Origin: Octopus sinensis
Taxonomy: Eukaryota
Assembly (NCBI RefSeq): GCF_006345805.1
Contig: NC_042998.1
Span: 183,334,001-183,398,000 of the forward strand
Length of the DNA stretch: 64,000 bases
Direction: 5' to 3'
Part shown: piece by piece, positions 24,780 to 36,293 of the stretch
How positions within the stretch are numbered: position 1 is the stretch's first letter
How the letters are laid out: each line of letters opens with the position of its first letter
Made by a program: the position numbers and the translations under genes
Notes under the pieces: model-generated
Told to the model about the DNA's origin: nothing
Database searches by the model: none
The model's input: only the letters and a program-made list of their open reading frames with translations

Positions 24780-25650
24780 GTGTCCACACAGTCACCTTTC
24801 TTTTCAATCACTTGCACTATTTGTTCCTTGTACCAGGCATACATGTTCATTATAATATCTCTTTTTGTTTCTGTCTGTCTTCTTTTGGCTCCTAAAATCT
24901 GTTTCCCTAATTCTGTCTCATTTGTCATTTCTGATCCATCAATCACCAGCTGTGCCAACATTTCTCATATATTTTCAATTCAGTCCAAGTCTGGACTTGT
25001 CATCATTTATTCCAGTAGACTTATTTTTATGTCATGCATCCATTCCTTGACTGTTTTTAACATGTGAATGCTGCAGTTACCCCATTTCTTCTTTAATATG
25101 AAGCAAGGCCCTCTTTGCACCAGCTGGATGTTACTCATGCTGTTCTGACTTCCTTTTAGCTAATCTAACCAAAACTATAAACTTGGAAAGATCATGTCCC
25201 ATACCATTACTCCACCTCTGCCCATCTGCCTTTTGTTCATCATCACTGGTTCAACTTTGCTTGATCAAGAGCACCAGCCATTTGGTTGAATTGAACTTAA
25301 ACCACTTCTTATAAGTAGAAATTACTTTGGTAAACTCAACAGAAGTAGTTAACCATAATTTTGCACAGTCTACCCATGTCACCTTATGTTTTTAGCTAAC
25401 ACGAGTTTTCCTTTTGGCCTTTGTTTACCTGTATCCAATTTCTTTCAGCATTCTTTGAACTGCTCAAATATTTACAGTTATTTCACATTTCTCCTTCACC
25501 TTCCATACCATTACCTTTTTTCCAGCTGCCATTGCACAGGACACAGTCATCATCATTTAACTTTGTGTTCTCTTCCTAAGCAATTTTTTCCTTCTCAGTT
25601 TCTTCTTCTGGTTATAGTCATTCTTTAACATATATTCCACTGTAGACTTC
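24780..25650 (-). mobile_element. Tc1/mariner transposase remnant
   Basis: VQRMLKEIGYR*TKAKRK, RQMGRGGVMVW, VKEWM..SPDLD*IENM and VIEKKG; many stops; TIRs not found. Confidence 0.8.
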
Positions 25651-25924
25651 AAAATCTTCAAATCAACAACTATTTTTCTCAGATTTATGATATCTCTTCC
25701 TTCAAACTAAAGAAAGTATTTGCTTTGACTGCATTTTCATTAGGAAAAAAAAATTTCTCAAGTAAAGAAAAATTTCTTGAATGATAATACTTATTGGACT
25801 ACTGCATGATGTCATTGCACAAAAAAAAATTGCGTAAAAAGTTTGAAGGGATTGTCCAAGGTGATGCTAAAGTAAGCATTCTGTTATGTCCAGAAAATCA
25901 TGCTACATAATTTATATCAAAATG

Positions 25925-26312
25925 TCGCCTTACTGGCACTTGTGCCCTGTGCTAGTAGGGTGCTAAGAGCACCATCCGAGCATGATCGTTGCCAGAGCAG
26001 CTAACTGGCTTCCGTGCCAGTGGCACGTAAAAGGCACCATTCGAGCATGATCGTTACCAGCGTTGCCTTACTGGCACGTATAAAAAGATCTGAGCAAGGT
26101 CGTTGCCAGTACCACCTAACTGGCCCCCATGCTGGTGGCACGTAAAAGCACCCACTACAATCTCGGAGTGATTGGCGTTAGAAAAGGCATCCAGCTGTAG
26201 AAACTCAAGATCAAGATTGGAGCCTGGTGCAGCCATCTGGTTTGCCAGTCCTCAGTCAAATCGTCCAAGCTATACTAGCATGGAAAGCGGACATTAAACG
26301 ATGATGATGATG
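25925..26312 (+). mobile_element. Family G repeat with internal tandem units
   Basis: Same core and tail. Confidence 0.85.
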
Positions 26313-27450
26313 CAAAAAGTGCTTGCAGTACAGAAAAGACTGAAACAAGCATCTTAAAGTTCACAAGTATGTGCTTAGCAATTCTAAGTAGCTCCATGAA
26401 ATAAACTTCCTCGAAGTACACTTTCTCAGATGTCTGAAAGAATTTGCTGATCCTGCTGTAGTTACTTTTGGAAACTATAAATTGAAAGCCAGAGTTTATA
26501 CTTATCCAACAGTAAATGAATAGTTGACAAGTATAATGCCATAACTAATTACAAGAAACATTTTTTTTTTTATAACTTGATGAACATAAGAATTCTTTCC
26601 AAAAGATGATGTTGCCATGCTAGTAGTTCACCTATTAAAAAGGCAAAGATGATGAAAATAAAGATTTGAAGGAAACAGATTGAATAGTACAGATAGAGGC
26701 AAGCAGTTATTTAAAGAAATGCCTGGCAAAATTAGCTGTTGTGGTTTAGAGAAACCTTTCAACAAATCAAATCAATGAATTTTCTGGCCATAAGGCTTTG
26801 TCCACAACAGATAGAAAATTTTGGTGAGTATGAATTCAAGAATTAATGATTGATTTAGCAATCAGAAAAATTGAAAGCTAGAAGTATTAAAGTCTGAACC
26901 AATGCAAAACGCAAATCCATGTTGAAATTAATTATGCCAGTATCTTACAGAGATATTGATTGAAAAGAGGATATGAAAATTTATTATTTAGTATCTAAGT
27001 AGCAAATGTTAGGTTATGAGAGATAAGACTTAAGAACAAAACTGGAAGAAACAAAGTGAAAACATTCATTTTTGTCGGCATATATTGAAACTAGTTAGTG
27101 TTACAGTATTTGAGTTATTGATATCACTACTCATTGTACAATTTGTTTTCTATCCAATTTTTTGAGAGTATAAATACATCTGTCCTAGAACTACATTTCA
27201 CCCCAAAGAATTTCTAGATGTGCTTCATCCATGTCATATATCTCCACTTCCTATACACAACATCACAAGTGATAACATTCTATTGTACTGTAAAATCCAA
27301 GGAAATCCTAGTCTACATTGACAAATAATCATCAAATGCTACTCAGTCTTAAACCCTGTGTTTTTATGTATGTTTCCTTGTTAGATTTGACATAATTCTT
27401 TTAAAAGTTAATTTTAGCAGTTTATGACTTTTGTTTATTTCATTTTTCAG

Positions 27451-27516
27451 TTAAAATCTTCAAAAATATGGCTAGAGGAAAATCAAAAATGCTCCAGTGA
27501 CTCTGAAAAATCTTGT
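27451..27516 (+). other. Candidate upstream exon of the IKZF-like gene (66 nt, phase 0-0)
   Basis: Polypyrimidine acceptor tttatttcatttttcag| and donor |GTAAGT. Frame LKSSKIWLEENQKCSSDSEKSC is open and joins exon 37644 in frame; another frame carries ATG..TGA (MARGKSKMLQ). Confidence 0.55.
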
Positions 27517-27829
27517 GTAAGTAAATAAACTGTTTCCTCACATATGTGTCTTTGTGTGAAAAATGTGGGTTTATTGAATCGATTTCTCAGTAAAAAACCA
27601 TTTAAAATTGCATATAAATCAGTATTTAACATTCTGTAAAAAGGGTTCAAAATTATTAACCGAATGTATGCTGAATATTAGTGAGGTTCAAATAAGATGC
27701 AAGATTCAAAGATTTACATTAGAGCAACTTAGTATATAGGATTTGTAAATATATATTGTATGCTTATGATTTTGGTAAGTCCTTGGCATTTTTTATATTT
27801 TGAAATCACCATTGCCATTTTGGTTTTGA

Positions 27830-28560
27830 AGGAAGGTGTCAAAGCTCTGCTCTCAGTAGAAAGTATGTATCTTTTTGTTTATGTGTTTTTCTAACTCATT
27901 TTGAAAATGTGTATGCCAAGGATGTTAGTTTGGTTTTGTAATGTGGGTATATTGAGATTGTTACTGTGACAAAGAGTGTGGTGTGATTATTGTTAGCCTT
28001 AGGAAGCTATTTTGTCTTATGATAAGTATTTAGTTGGAAGAGAGTTAGGGAAATGTTTATCGTGTATTCATAGTTGCTAGATGTGTGGAGCAGGAGATGT
28101 CTGTGGAGTTGTAATTAGCTTCTTTCTTAGGATGTAAAGTGTTTGTGATGCAAACATTATCATGCTTTATGTTATCTGTACTGTTTTTGTACCAAGATGT
28201 GCTGTGTGCATTGAAGTCTGCCCTAATGATAGTATATAAGATTTAAGATGTTGTAGATGTTGTGCATAACTGATGGGAGGTTTGTGGTGGCATGTATAAA
28301 TGTAGTTCATATCACTAGCTTTTGAATGCTTGCATTCTAGTTGTCATGTTGTATTAATGATTGTCGTTTGTGGCATCTATGTGCTGGATGCATGATTTTA
28401 TGTACGATGTAAGGCCTCCTCCCTGGGTGAATCTGTCCTACTTTATCAATGTGTAACTTGGATATGTGGAGTCCTTTGTTAGCTCTGAAATTTTTGTTTC
28501 TTGTACAATAACAACGTGAAGATTTCATGTGATGAAGGACATTTTTTTTTTAGTTTCCTC
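27830..28560 (-). mobile_element. APE-endonuclease domain of a decayed LINE
   Basis: VVIVQETKIS..YTLIK*DRFTQGGGLTSYIK and IIRADFNAHSTSW motifs; upstream 28560-28980 may belong to the same element. Confidence 0.78.
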
Positions 28561-30001
28561 ATAGAGTGTATTGCTCAATGTTTACTTTTTTTCTTTTTGC
28601 TTTCGTAGTTTGCTTATTTTGGTCGTTTCTGTGTTATTATAGGGAAAGGCTTTTCTTAGGTTTGTTATTTAAAACAACGTAATTAAAAGGATTGTGAATG
28701 TAAGAAGGGAGATAATTACAGCATTACAGGTTCCCTTGATATGTTTTGCTGTCATTTGAAGTTTGTTTCAATGGTTTATGCTGTCTCTTTATATTGTATG
28801 TGAATGTAATTGTTGAGGTGTACTTACCTTTTTGAAATATTCTGTTTCTTGCTTTATCTCTATGTTTCAAGTATGGCTTTCTAGCTATGACCCTCTTTTC
28901 GTCTTTCCTGACATATTGTATGTTGTACTGAGTTATCCACAATATTCTACTATTTCTAAGGGAGTATGGCAAGTTTGAGGGGAATTTGGCTGCTATTTAA
29001 AAGCTAAAGTGAAACATTGTAATTAACTTCCCTGTTAATATTGAATTGCTCCCTAAGACAAAGTACATAAATACATTTAAAAGGCAGACAGTAGTATGGT
29101 AAAGAAATTCTTATAATTTCCACAATGTATTTGCATTAAGTATGATACATAGATGGCTATTTTAATCTAATACTGCTTCTGTTGCACATAATGGTTTCTT
29201 ATAATTTAATTTGTGTCATGGAACAACAAACAACAGGAATATATCAAGATTTTAACTATATTACACCAAACCAAACAGTTAGAGCCCCTCCCCATGGCAT
29301 TATTTGGTTTATTTACTTCTTGGCGAAAAAGTAGAACTACTGTCACCATGGCTCTGGTAGTAGGAAAGGCATTCAACATAAGATTTACATTAAATTCATT
29401 AAGATCATTTGAAAACTATTGTCATCAACATTTTATATCATTTTCCTTGCTGGCATAGGTTAGACATCTCATAGTTCAAGTGAGCTTCTATTTAGAGTAT
29501 TTTGTCCTCTTAGACTGGGGATTACATCCCATGCATTTGACAGAGTAATCTGAATGCTAAAGAGTTAAGTCAGTCATCAGTGGTAGGAGAGGGAATCATT
29601 TGAAAGTTATGGATTGAAGTCAGCAGTGAAGAAAGTGGTTTGGTTTGTACAATTGAATGCCCTTTTTACACCAACTTTCTTTACAGACTGTACTGAGAGA
29701 GATTGTCATATCCTTGACAATACTTTCTCTATTTGTTAACTAATTAGTTTACAGAGTGTATTGGTACCACCACTGTAGAGTTGCTTTGTCCCCTGCCAGT
29801 AGACATGACTAAGAGAATGAAAAGAATGCAATGGTTAGCTAGATTGCATAAGGTGGTAGAGGAGGGAGCAGTGGAAAAAAGACAGTGAAAGATAGCTTCA
29901 TGTTAGCAGGAGGCAGGTTGATGCAAGGAGAGTGACTCGTGTGAAGTAGAGTGATGGATTGAAGTCAGCAATGAAGAAAGTGGTTTGTGTTAACTAAGCA
30001 T

Positions 30002-31125
30002 GATATTCATCATCATCGTTTAAAGTCCGTCTTCCATGCATGCGTAGGATGGTTGACAGGAGCCAGCCAGGTAGAAAACTACTCCAGGTTACTGTATCTA
30101 TTTTGGTAGGGTTTTTATGGCTGGATGCCCTTCCTAACACAAACCACTCTGCAGAGTGGACTCGGTGCTTTTTATGTGGCACTACCACAGGCAAGGTTAG
30201 TTTTGGCATGATTTTTACAGCTGGATGCCCTTCCAAGTGCCAACCACTTTACAGTGTAAACTGAATGCTTTTTATGTGGTACCAACACTTGTAGGGTCAC
30301 CAGGTAACTACAAAACAAGGAATTTTTGAGAGGAGAAGGGACATTTGAGGAGGGAACTTGTGTCAGAGGATGAAAGGTTCGAGTGTGACAGAGGGGCAGA
30401 AATAGGTGTCTTGCTATAACAGAGGGGGCTTTGGAGGGGGTGATCCGTAGTCAGATGATTAAAGGGTAGAGTGTGACCGAGAAATAGAGAGGCAGAAACA
30501 AACCTCTTGCTATAGAGGAGGTACATGGTTACCCAGCAAAAGAGAGAGTTAGAGAGAGAGAGACGGGGGTGGGGGGAAAGAAAGGTACAAGAAAGTGGAC
30601 AGAAACAGGTGTGTTGATGTGAAGGAGATACTTGGTTACCTAGTCAGAGGGAAAAACAAGGGAAGGAGAGAGAGAGAAAGAGAGATTGGAGAGGATAATG
30701 TGAAAGTGAGTGCAATAAATTGCAACAGACTACTACTGTACTTTCTTTACCACTTACACTATATCCAAAAGAAGACCACCGTACTGATTGGTAGTAACAT
30801 CATCATCATCATCATCGTTTAACGTCCGTTCTCCATGCTAGCATGGGTTGGACGGTTCAACTGGGGTCTGGGAAGCCAGAAGGCTGCACCAGGCCCAGTC
30901 TGATCTGGCAATGTTTCTATGGCTGGATGCCCTTCCTAATGCCAACCACTCTGTGAATGTAGTGGGTATTTTTATGTGCCACCTGCACAGGTGCCAGACG
31001 AGGCTGGCAAATGGCCACGATCGGATGGTGCTTTTTATGTGCCACCGGCACGGGGGCCAGACGAGGCTGGCAAACGGCCACGATCTGATGGTGCTTTTTA
31101 CGTACCACCGGCACGGAGACCAGTA
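30002..31125 (-). mobile_element. Two family G copies (30002-~30620 with extended purine-rich arm; 30798-31125)
   Basis: Reverse-complement core and (CAT)n tails. Confidence 0.8.
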
Positions 31126-32070
31126 GTAACCCAAGTGCCAATACCCTGCGTCTTCTGTTCCACAAGCATACTGTCTCCTCACTGATGCTTTTACAACTGT
31201 TTCTAATCACTTGCACATCACCTCTCCCAGGCCCATCTGATGCTCACCATCTTCCCTACTCTCCTCATTCATACTGTCTCAATTCACCTTACCCTTAGGC
31301 CTTACACTAGCTGCTTTGTTCAACCCTTACTTCTTAGAATGTAAACTCTTTGGAATTCCATTCTCACCCATGTGAATATTATATCAGTCTTATTAGTCTT
31401 GGCAGCCCTATGAAAATTCTGACTAAACCATATCATCATCATCACATTCACTCTTCCATATTTGCTTGGGTCAGATGAAATTTGTAGAGACAGATTTTTT
31501 ATGGTTGAATGCTCTTTCCGTCACCAACAGTCACCTCTTTCAAGTAAGCTTAATATTTCCTCTAGTTCTTTGAACGCCCCCAATGGCTGAATATGATTTT
31601 GTGAAAGATTATAAACACAAATGACACTGTGACTTTTTCAGTTAACACACAAATGTCAAAACAAGGAAAAGATACATACACACACTCATTATTTCACATC
31701 TGCTCACCATGCTGGCATGAGTTGAATAATTCAACAGGATCTGATGCGTCAGAGGACTGAATCATGCTGCAGTGTCTGCCTTAGCATACTTTCTATGGTT
31801 AGATACTCTACTTAATACCAACCACTTTATAGAGTTTTCTGTGTGCTTTTGCATGGCACTAACACTTGTGAAATCACCTTACAAAATACAGGACTGAAGA
31901 ACCTAAAGGGAACCCTATAGAAGAATAGGAGAGGATTTTGAGTGATGTCTGATGAGAGGAACAGCTGCAAACATTTTTGAGATTCTTTTGTGTCCTAATT
32001 TGCGAGAAAAATTCATTGGTTTTTCTCAAGAGCTTAGCTTCCTCATAAGGGCTGGTTTCCCAGTTTCATA

Positions 32071-32517
32071 ATAAAAAAATAAATGCGCCCTTTTAAAGCC
32101 TAGCCAGGCTCATGGGCCCGGTTTCTCGGTTTCAGTGGCGTATGTATTACCCAGCTGGACGAGATGTCTTTTGCCAGCTAAGTGGACTGAGCAACATGAA
32201 ATGAAGTGTTTTGCTCAAGAACACAACACGTCGCCCAGTTCAGGAATCGAAACCACAATCTTACGATCATGATGCTGACACCCTAGCCATTAAGCCACGT
32301 GCCTCCACTTCCCAGTTTCATAGTGTATATATATTCCCCACCTGGATAGGACACCAGTCCATCGCAGGATTACTCATTTTTGCCAGCTGAGTGAACTGGA
32401 GCAACATGAAATGAAGTGTTTTGCTCAAGAACACAATGTGTTACCTAGTACAGAAATTGAAACCACAATCTTAGAATCATGAGTCCAATACCCTAACCAC
32501 TAAGCCACATGCCTCCC
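32071..32517 (-). mobile_element. SINE family D inserted into another family D copy
   Basis: Inner copy 32071-32308 flanked by 14-bp TSD TTCCCAGTTTCATA. Confidence 0.85.
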
Positions 32518-32825
32518 CATTAGTTGATTAAGATCAGTGCCATTTCCTGACTGGTATTTACTTAATTTAACCCTTTTGATACCAACCTACCTTAGACCAC
32601 TTCTGGTTCTATAACACAACCTCACTGTTTTTAAAGTGATCTAATTTATAATCTTATTCAAAATTTTATGCTAATTTATTCCAGACCCTGGGTTAATAAT
32701 GAGAAAGTTATTTTACTAAATTCTTCATTATTTAAAAAATTAATTGAAAGAAAGCCAACATATGTCAGCAGAAAATATGGTAACAAAAGGGGCTAACCCT
32801 GGAAGTTTACTGTGGTAGGATTTAA

Positions 32826-33243
32826 CCCTTTAACGTTCAGATTACTCTGTCAAATACAATGCTTTTTCATTCACATTGTCAACCACTTCTTATTCATCGA
32901 TGACCTTAAACTTTATGGGAAAGATAAATCCCAAGTCAGTTCCCTTGTTGATACAGTATATACTTTCAGTGCTTTATTGGGTTGGATCAGGTTAGTATAA
33001 AAGATGGACATTAATCAGAGGATGTGAGCTTAATTCTTCATCTAGCTTGCTCAACTTTTCTTTCTCTTTAATCTGCTTATCTACACACATTCTCATTATC
33101 TTGTAGCTCTGAGAATTTGATGATGTGATGGTTTATTTTGAGGATGTCATTGTAGGATATGACTGAGAGGCCAGATCTAGTGGTTTGAACATAAAAGAAA
33201 TGGAAAATTTGGGCCGGATATGGCCGGTTTAAATGCTAAAGGG
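32826..33243. mobile_element. piggyBac-like MITE carrying a ~220-bp foreign insert
   Basis: TTAA|CCCTTTAA ... CTAAAGGG|TTAA; the family interior is interrupted at 32878-33097. Partial family copies also occur near 10600-10772 and 29535-29567. Confidence 0.85.
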
Positions 33244-33336
33244 TTAAAATCAGAACAGAAAGGGACATAATTAAATACTGCAAAGGCATTTTGTTTGACA
33301 CTTGCCAGTTTGCCACCTGTAGGCTTGTATAAGTAA

Positions 33337-33721
33337 CTAGCAGTATCGCCCGGCGTTGCTCGGGTTTGTAAGGGAAATAACTATAAAGCATTTTTAGAGA
33401 GTTATAGCCAAAAAAATGCATTAAAAATGGGAAAAAAATGATGGTAAATTTTTTTTAATCATTGACTCATCGTAGACATTTTTAGAGCGTTACTTCCCTT
33501 ATATAATAGCGAAAAAATGCATTAAAATAGAAAAAAATGATGGTAAATTATTTTTAAAATCGTAGACTCATCGTAGACGCGCGCTAATACCCAGAAGGGC
33601 TCAATATGAATCACGACTATAAGATACCCGGTTTTGGTTAAACTGCACCGCAAAATGTGGGAGTAGTTAGGAATCTAAATCGTAGGAGACAGACACACAA
33701 CTTCACTTTTATATATAAAGA
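33337..33721 (-). mobile_element. Non-autonomous Helitron
   Basis: On the - strand begins A|TC(TTTATATATAAAAG) and ends CTAG|T, with subterminal hairpin CCCGAGCAACGCCGGG (33349-33364); A/T target, no TSD; internal ~110-bp tandem duplication. Confidence 0.85.
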
Positions 33722-33799
33722 TAAACATATACAGAAATTAGCCCAAAATATATTTTCACAGCTACCTACATTTAAGCTTAAAATTAAGGAATTGATATC

Positions 33800-34184
33800 T
33801 CTCTTTACTCTTTTACTTGTTTCAGTCATTTGACTGGAGCACCGCCTTTAGTCGAGCAAATCAACCCCAGGACTTATTCTTTGTAAGCCTAGTACTTACT
33901 CTATCGATCTCTTTCGCCGAACTGCTAAGTTAAGGGGACATGAACACACCAGCATCGGTTGTCAAGCGATGTTGTGGGGACAAACATAGACATACAAACA
34001 CACACACATATATATATACATATACATGACAGGCTTCTTTCAGTTTCCATCTACCAAATCCACTCACGAGGCTTTGGTCGGCCCGAGGCTATAGTAGAAG
34101 ACATTTGCCCAAGGTGCCACACAGTGGAATTGAACCCGGAACCATGTGGTTGGTAAGCAAGCTACTTACCACACAGCCACTCTT
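33800..34184 (-). mobile_element. SINE family B
   Basis: Same family; partial copies also at 50828-51060 (+) and 60050-60300 (-). Confidence 0.87.
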
Positions 34185-35219
34185 GGGAAATTTTGTATAG
34201 AGATGTTGTTGATTTCATCAGTGGAGAGGTTCTGGAGATGTTTTTGATTTGGAATCAAACATCCACTAAAAATTATACTTCCAGCACAGTGTCCAAAATG
34301 GTATGTTGCAACAAGATTAATAGCAGTTTGATAATAATGTTACTAATAAATAATATTAGATGTTCCTTTAACTGTTCATGTATTCTTCAATTAATGGTGC
34401 ATTGACTCATATCTTTGGTTAATTGGAGAACTTTAAATTTGTTGGTTTGGTATTCATTCTTGTGCATTCACAATCACTTTTATTAGTTAAAGTAACTATC
34501 AAAGTACCTCTTATGAGCAGATCTTACCTCTTATTGTGTTTTACATTTCCCTATTTTCCTTATTGCAGTTATACTTTATAACTAAACCTGCAAATTATTA
34601 TCAAACATTTTGCTTGTTTTTGAGTTTTGCGTTCTTAATGTCAATTATTTTAATTATCATCAACTTCTTCATCAGTTGTATAATTACAAATCTCTATTTT
34701 TTTCCAATTATCTCTAATCATTGAACCTCACTTGTGAAAATCAAAAAACTAAGAATTTCTCATTTCAAGTTTTTGATTTCCTAAAATTTATTATTGCTGC
34801 AGCTAACTACAATCCATAAACTAAAATACTTTATTTCATATGCATTTTTGCTAGATATCCTAACTATTACAACTCCACTTATCTCTTTTTAATAGTTTCT
34901 TCATACCGCTCCTTTCTCAACAATTCTCATTAAGATTGTATTCAATTCTCCCTGTCTTCCTCTTTGTCTTTCATTATTATTAATATTATCATGATGAGGC
35001 TGCAAGCTAGCAGAATCATAAGCATGCCAAGAAAAATGCTTAGCAGCATTTCATTGGTCTTTATGGTATGAGTCGAAATTCCATCAAGATTAACTTTGCC
35101 TTTCATCCTTTCAGGATTAATGAAATAAGTACTAGATGAGCACTGGGATTGATGTAATTGACTAACCCCCACCCACCTCGTCCCTCAAAATTTCAGGCCT
35201 TGTGCCTATAGACGTAAGC

Positions 35220-36293
35220 ATTATTATTATTATCGTTATTTATTGTCTTTGCACAGCTTCTAATGCTGGAGATGTACGATAGTGACAGCTGTTCACTACC
35301 ATTGAACTGAGATAACACCCCTTATCATAGTTTCAGAGTATTCAAGCAGTTCCAAGCAGTGCTGTTTTCTGCAAGTGCTCCACCTGTATTGCAGCCCCTA
35401 TTTGTTCCATGTACTTCTCAAGATTTTTACTCACTGTTCCCAGGGCTCCGACAGTTATTGGTACTACTACCACTTTTTTCATTGACCACAGCTGCTTAAC
35501 CTCCCAATCTAACCTGTCATATCTATTGACTTTTCTTTCTTCCTTATCATATACTTTGTTGTCAGCTGGGCATGCTATATCTATGATCCAGCATCATTTG
35601 CTTTCTTTCTCTATGTCTAGTTTCCTATTCTCTATCTCATGGTCACACTGAATCATAAAATCTCATAGGATCTTTGTGTTATCATTTTCGATGATGCCTT
35701 CAGGTTTATGTTGATGCCACTTTTTTGCTCTGTCAAGTCCATACTTGTTGCAAAGTGTCCAATGGACAATCCTTGCTATATTGTCATGATGTCTCTTATA
35801 TTCTTTCTGGGCTAGTGGCGTACATTGACTGGTAATATGGCATATGGTTTCACCATTTTGTCCACAAATTCTGCATTTATCACTTTCTGATGTGTTGTCT
35901 ATTCTGTATTTGATGTAATTGGTTCTTAATGCTTGCTCTTGGGCAACACAAATTAGAGCCTCCATTTCCGGTTTTAAATAACTTTTAGTCATCCATAGCC
36001 ATCTTTCTTCTCTGTTTTATCTTCAACATCCCTATGAAATTGTCCATGCATTATTTTCTTTATCTACCTATTTTCAGTTTCATTCATTCTCAAGTGCTTG
36101 TACAGTGCTTAATCTTTGCAATCTTCCATCCTATACAAGCCTGACCTTCTTACTTCCAATAATAGTGCTTCTGTGGCATTTTTTACATACTATGCTATGT
36201 TGTTTTCTTCTACTGTAATGCTGTGTTCGCATCCAATCAGTCCTCTTCCCTCTCTTGAAGTTTAAGGTCATCCATGAATAAGAAGTGGTTGAC
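35220..36293 (-). mobile_element. R4/Dong-like non-LTR retrotransposon (REL endonuclease) 3' fragment with internal deletion
   Basis: FMDDLKL, then RGRGLIG, CRICGQNGETICHITSQC zinc knuckle, RHHDNIARIVHW, DFMIQCD..RKLDI, IIDIACP and EHLQKTALLGTA; (AAT)n tail at ~35220-35250. Includes ORF 35663-35992. Confidence 0.85.

Noticed and set aside
26690-26815. Crypton/tyrosine-recombinase remnant (QINEFSGHKALSTT resembles the I..TGHKS motif)
   Set aside because: Single short motif with an adjacent stop and no upstream HSxR; insufficient without an HMM search.
30960-31125. CRISPR-like repeat array
   Set aside because: Eukaryotic context; units are tandem without unique spacers and belong to a dispersed retro-repeat; no cas genes.
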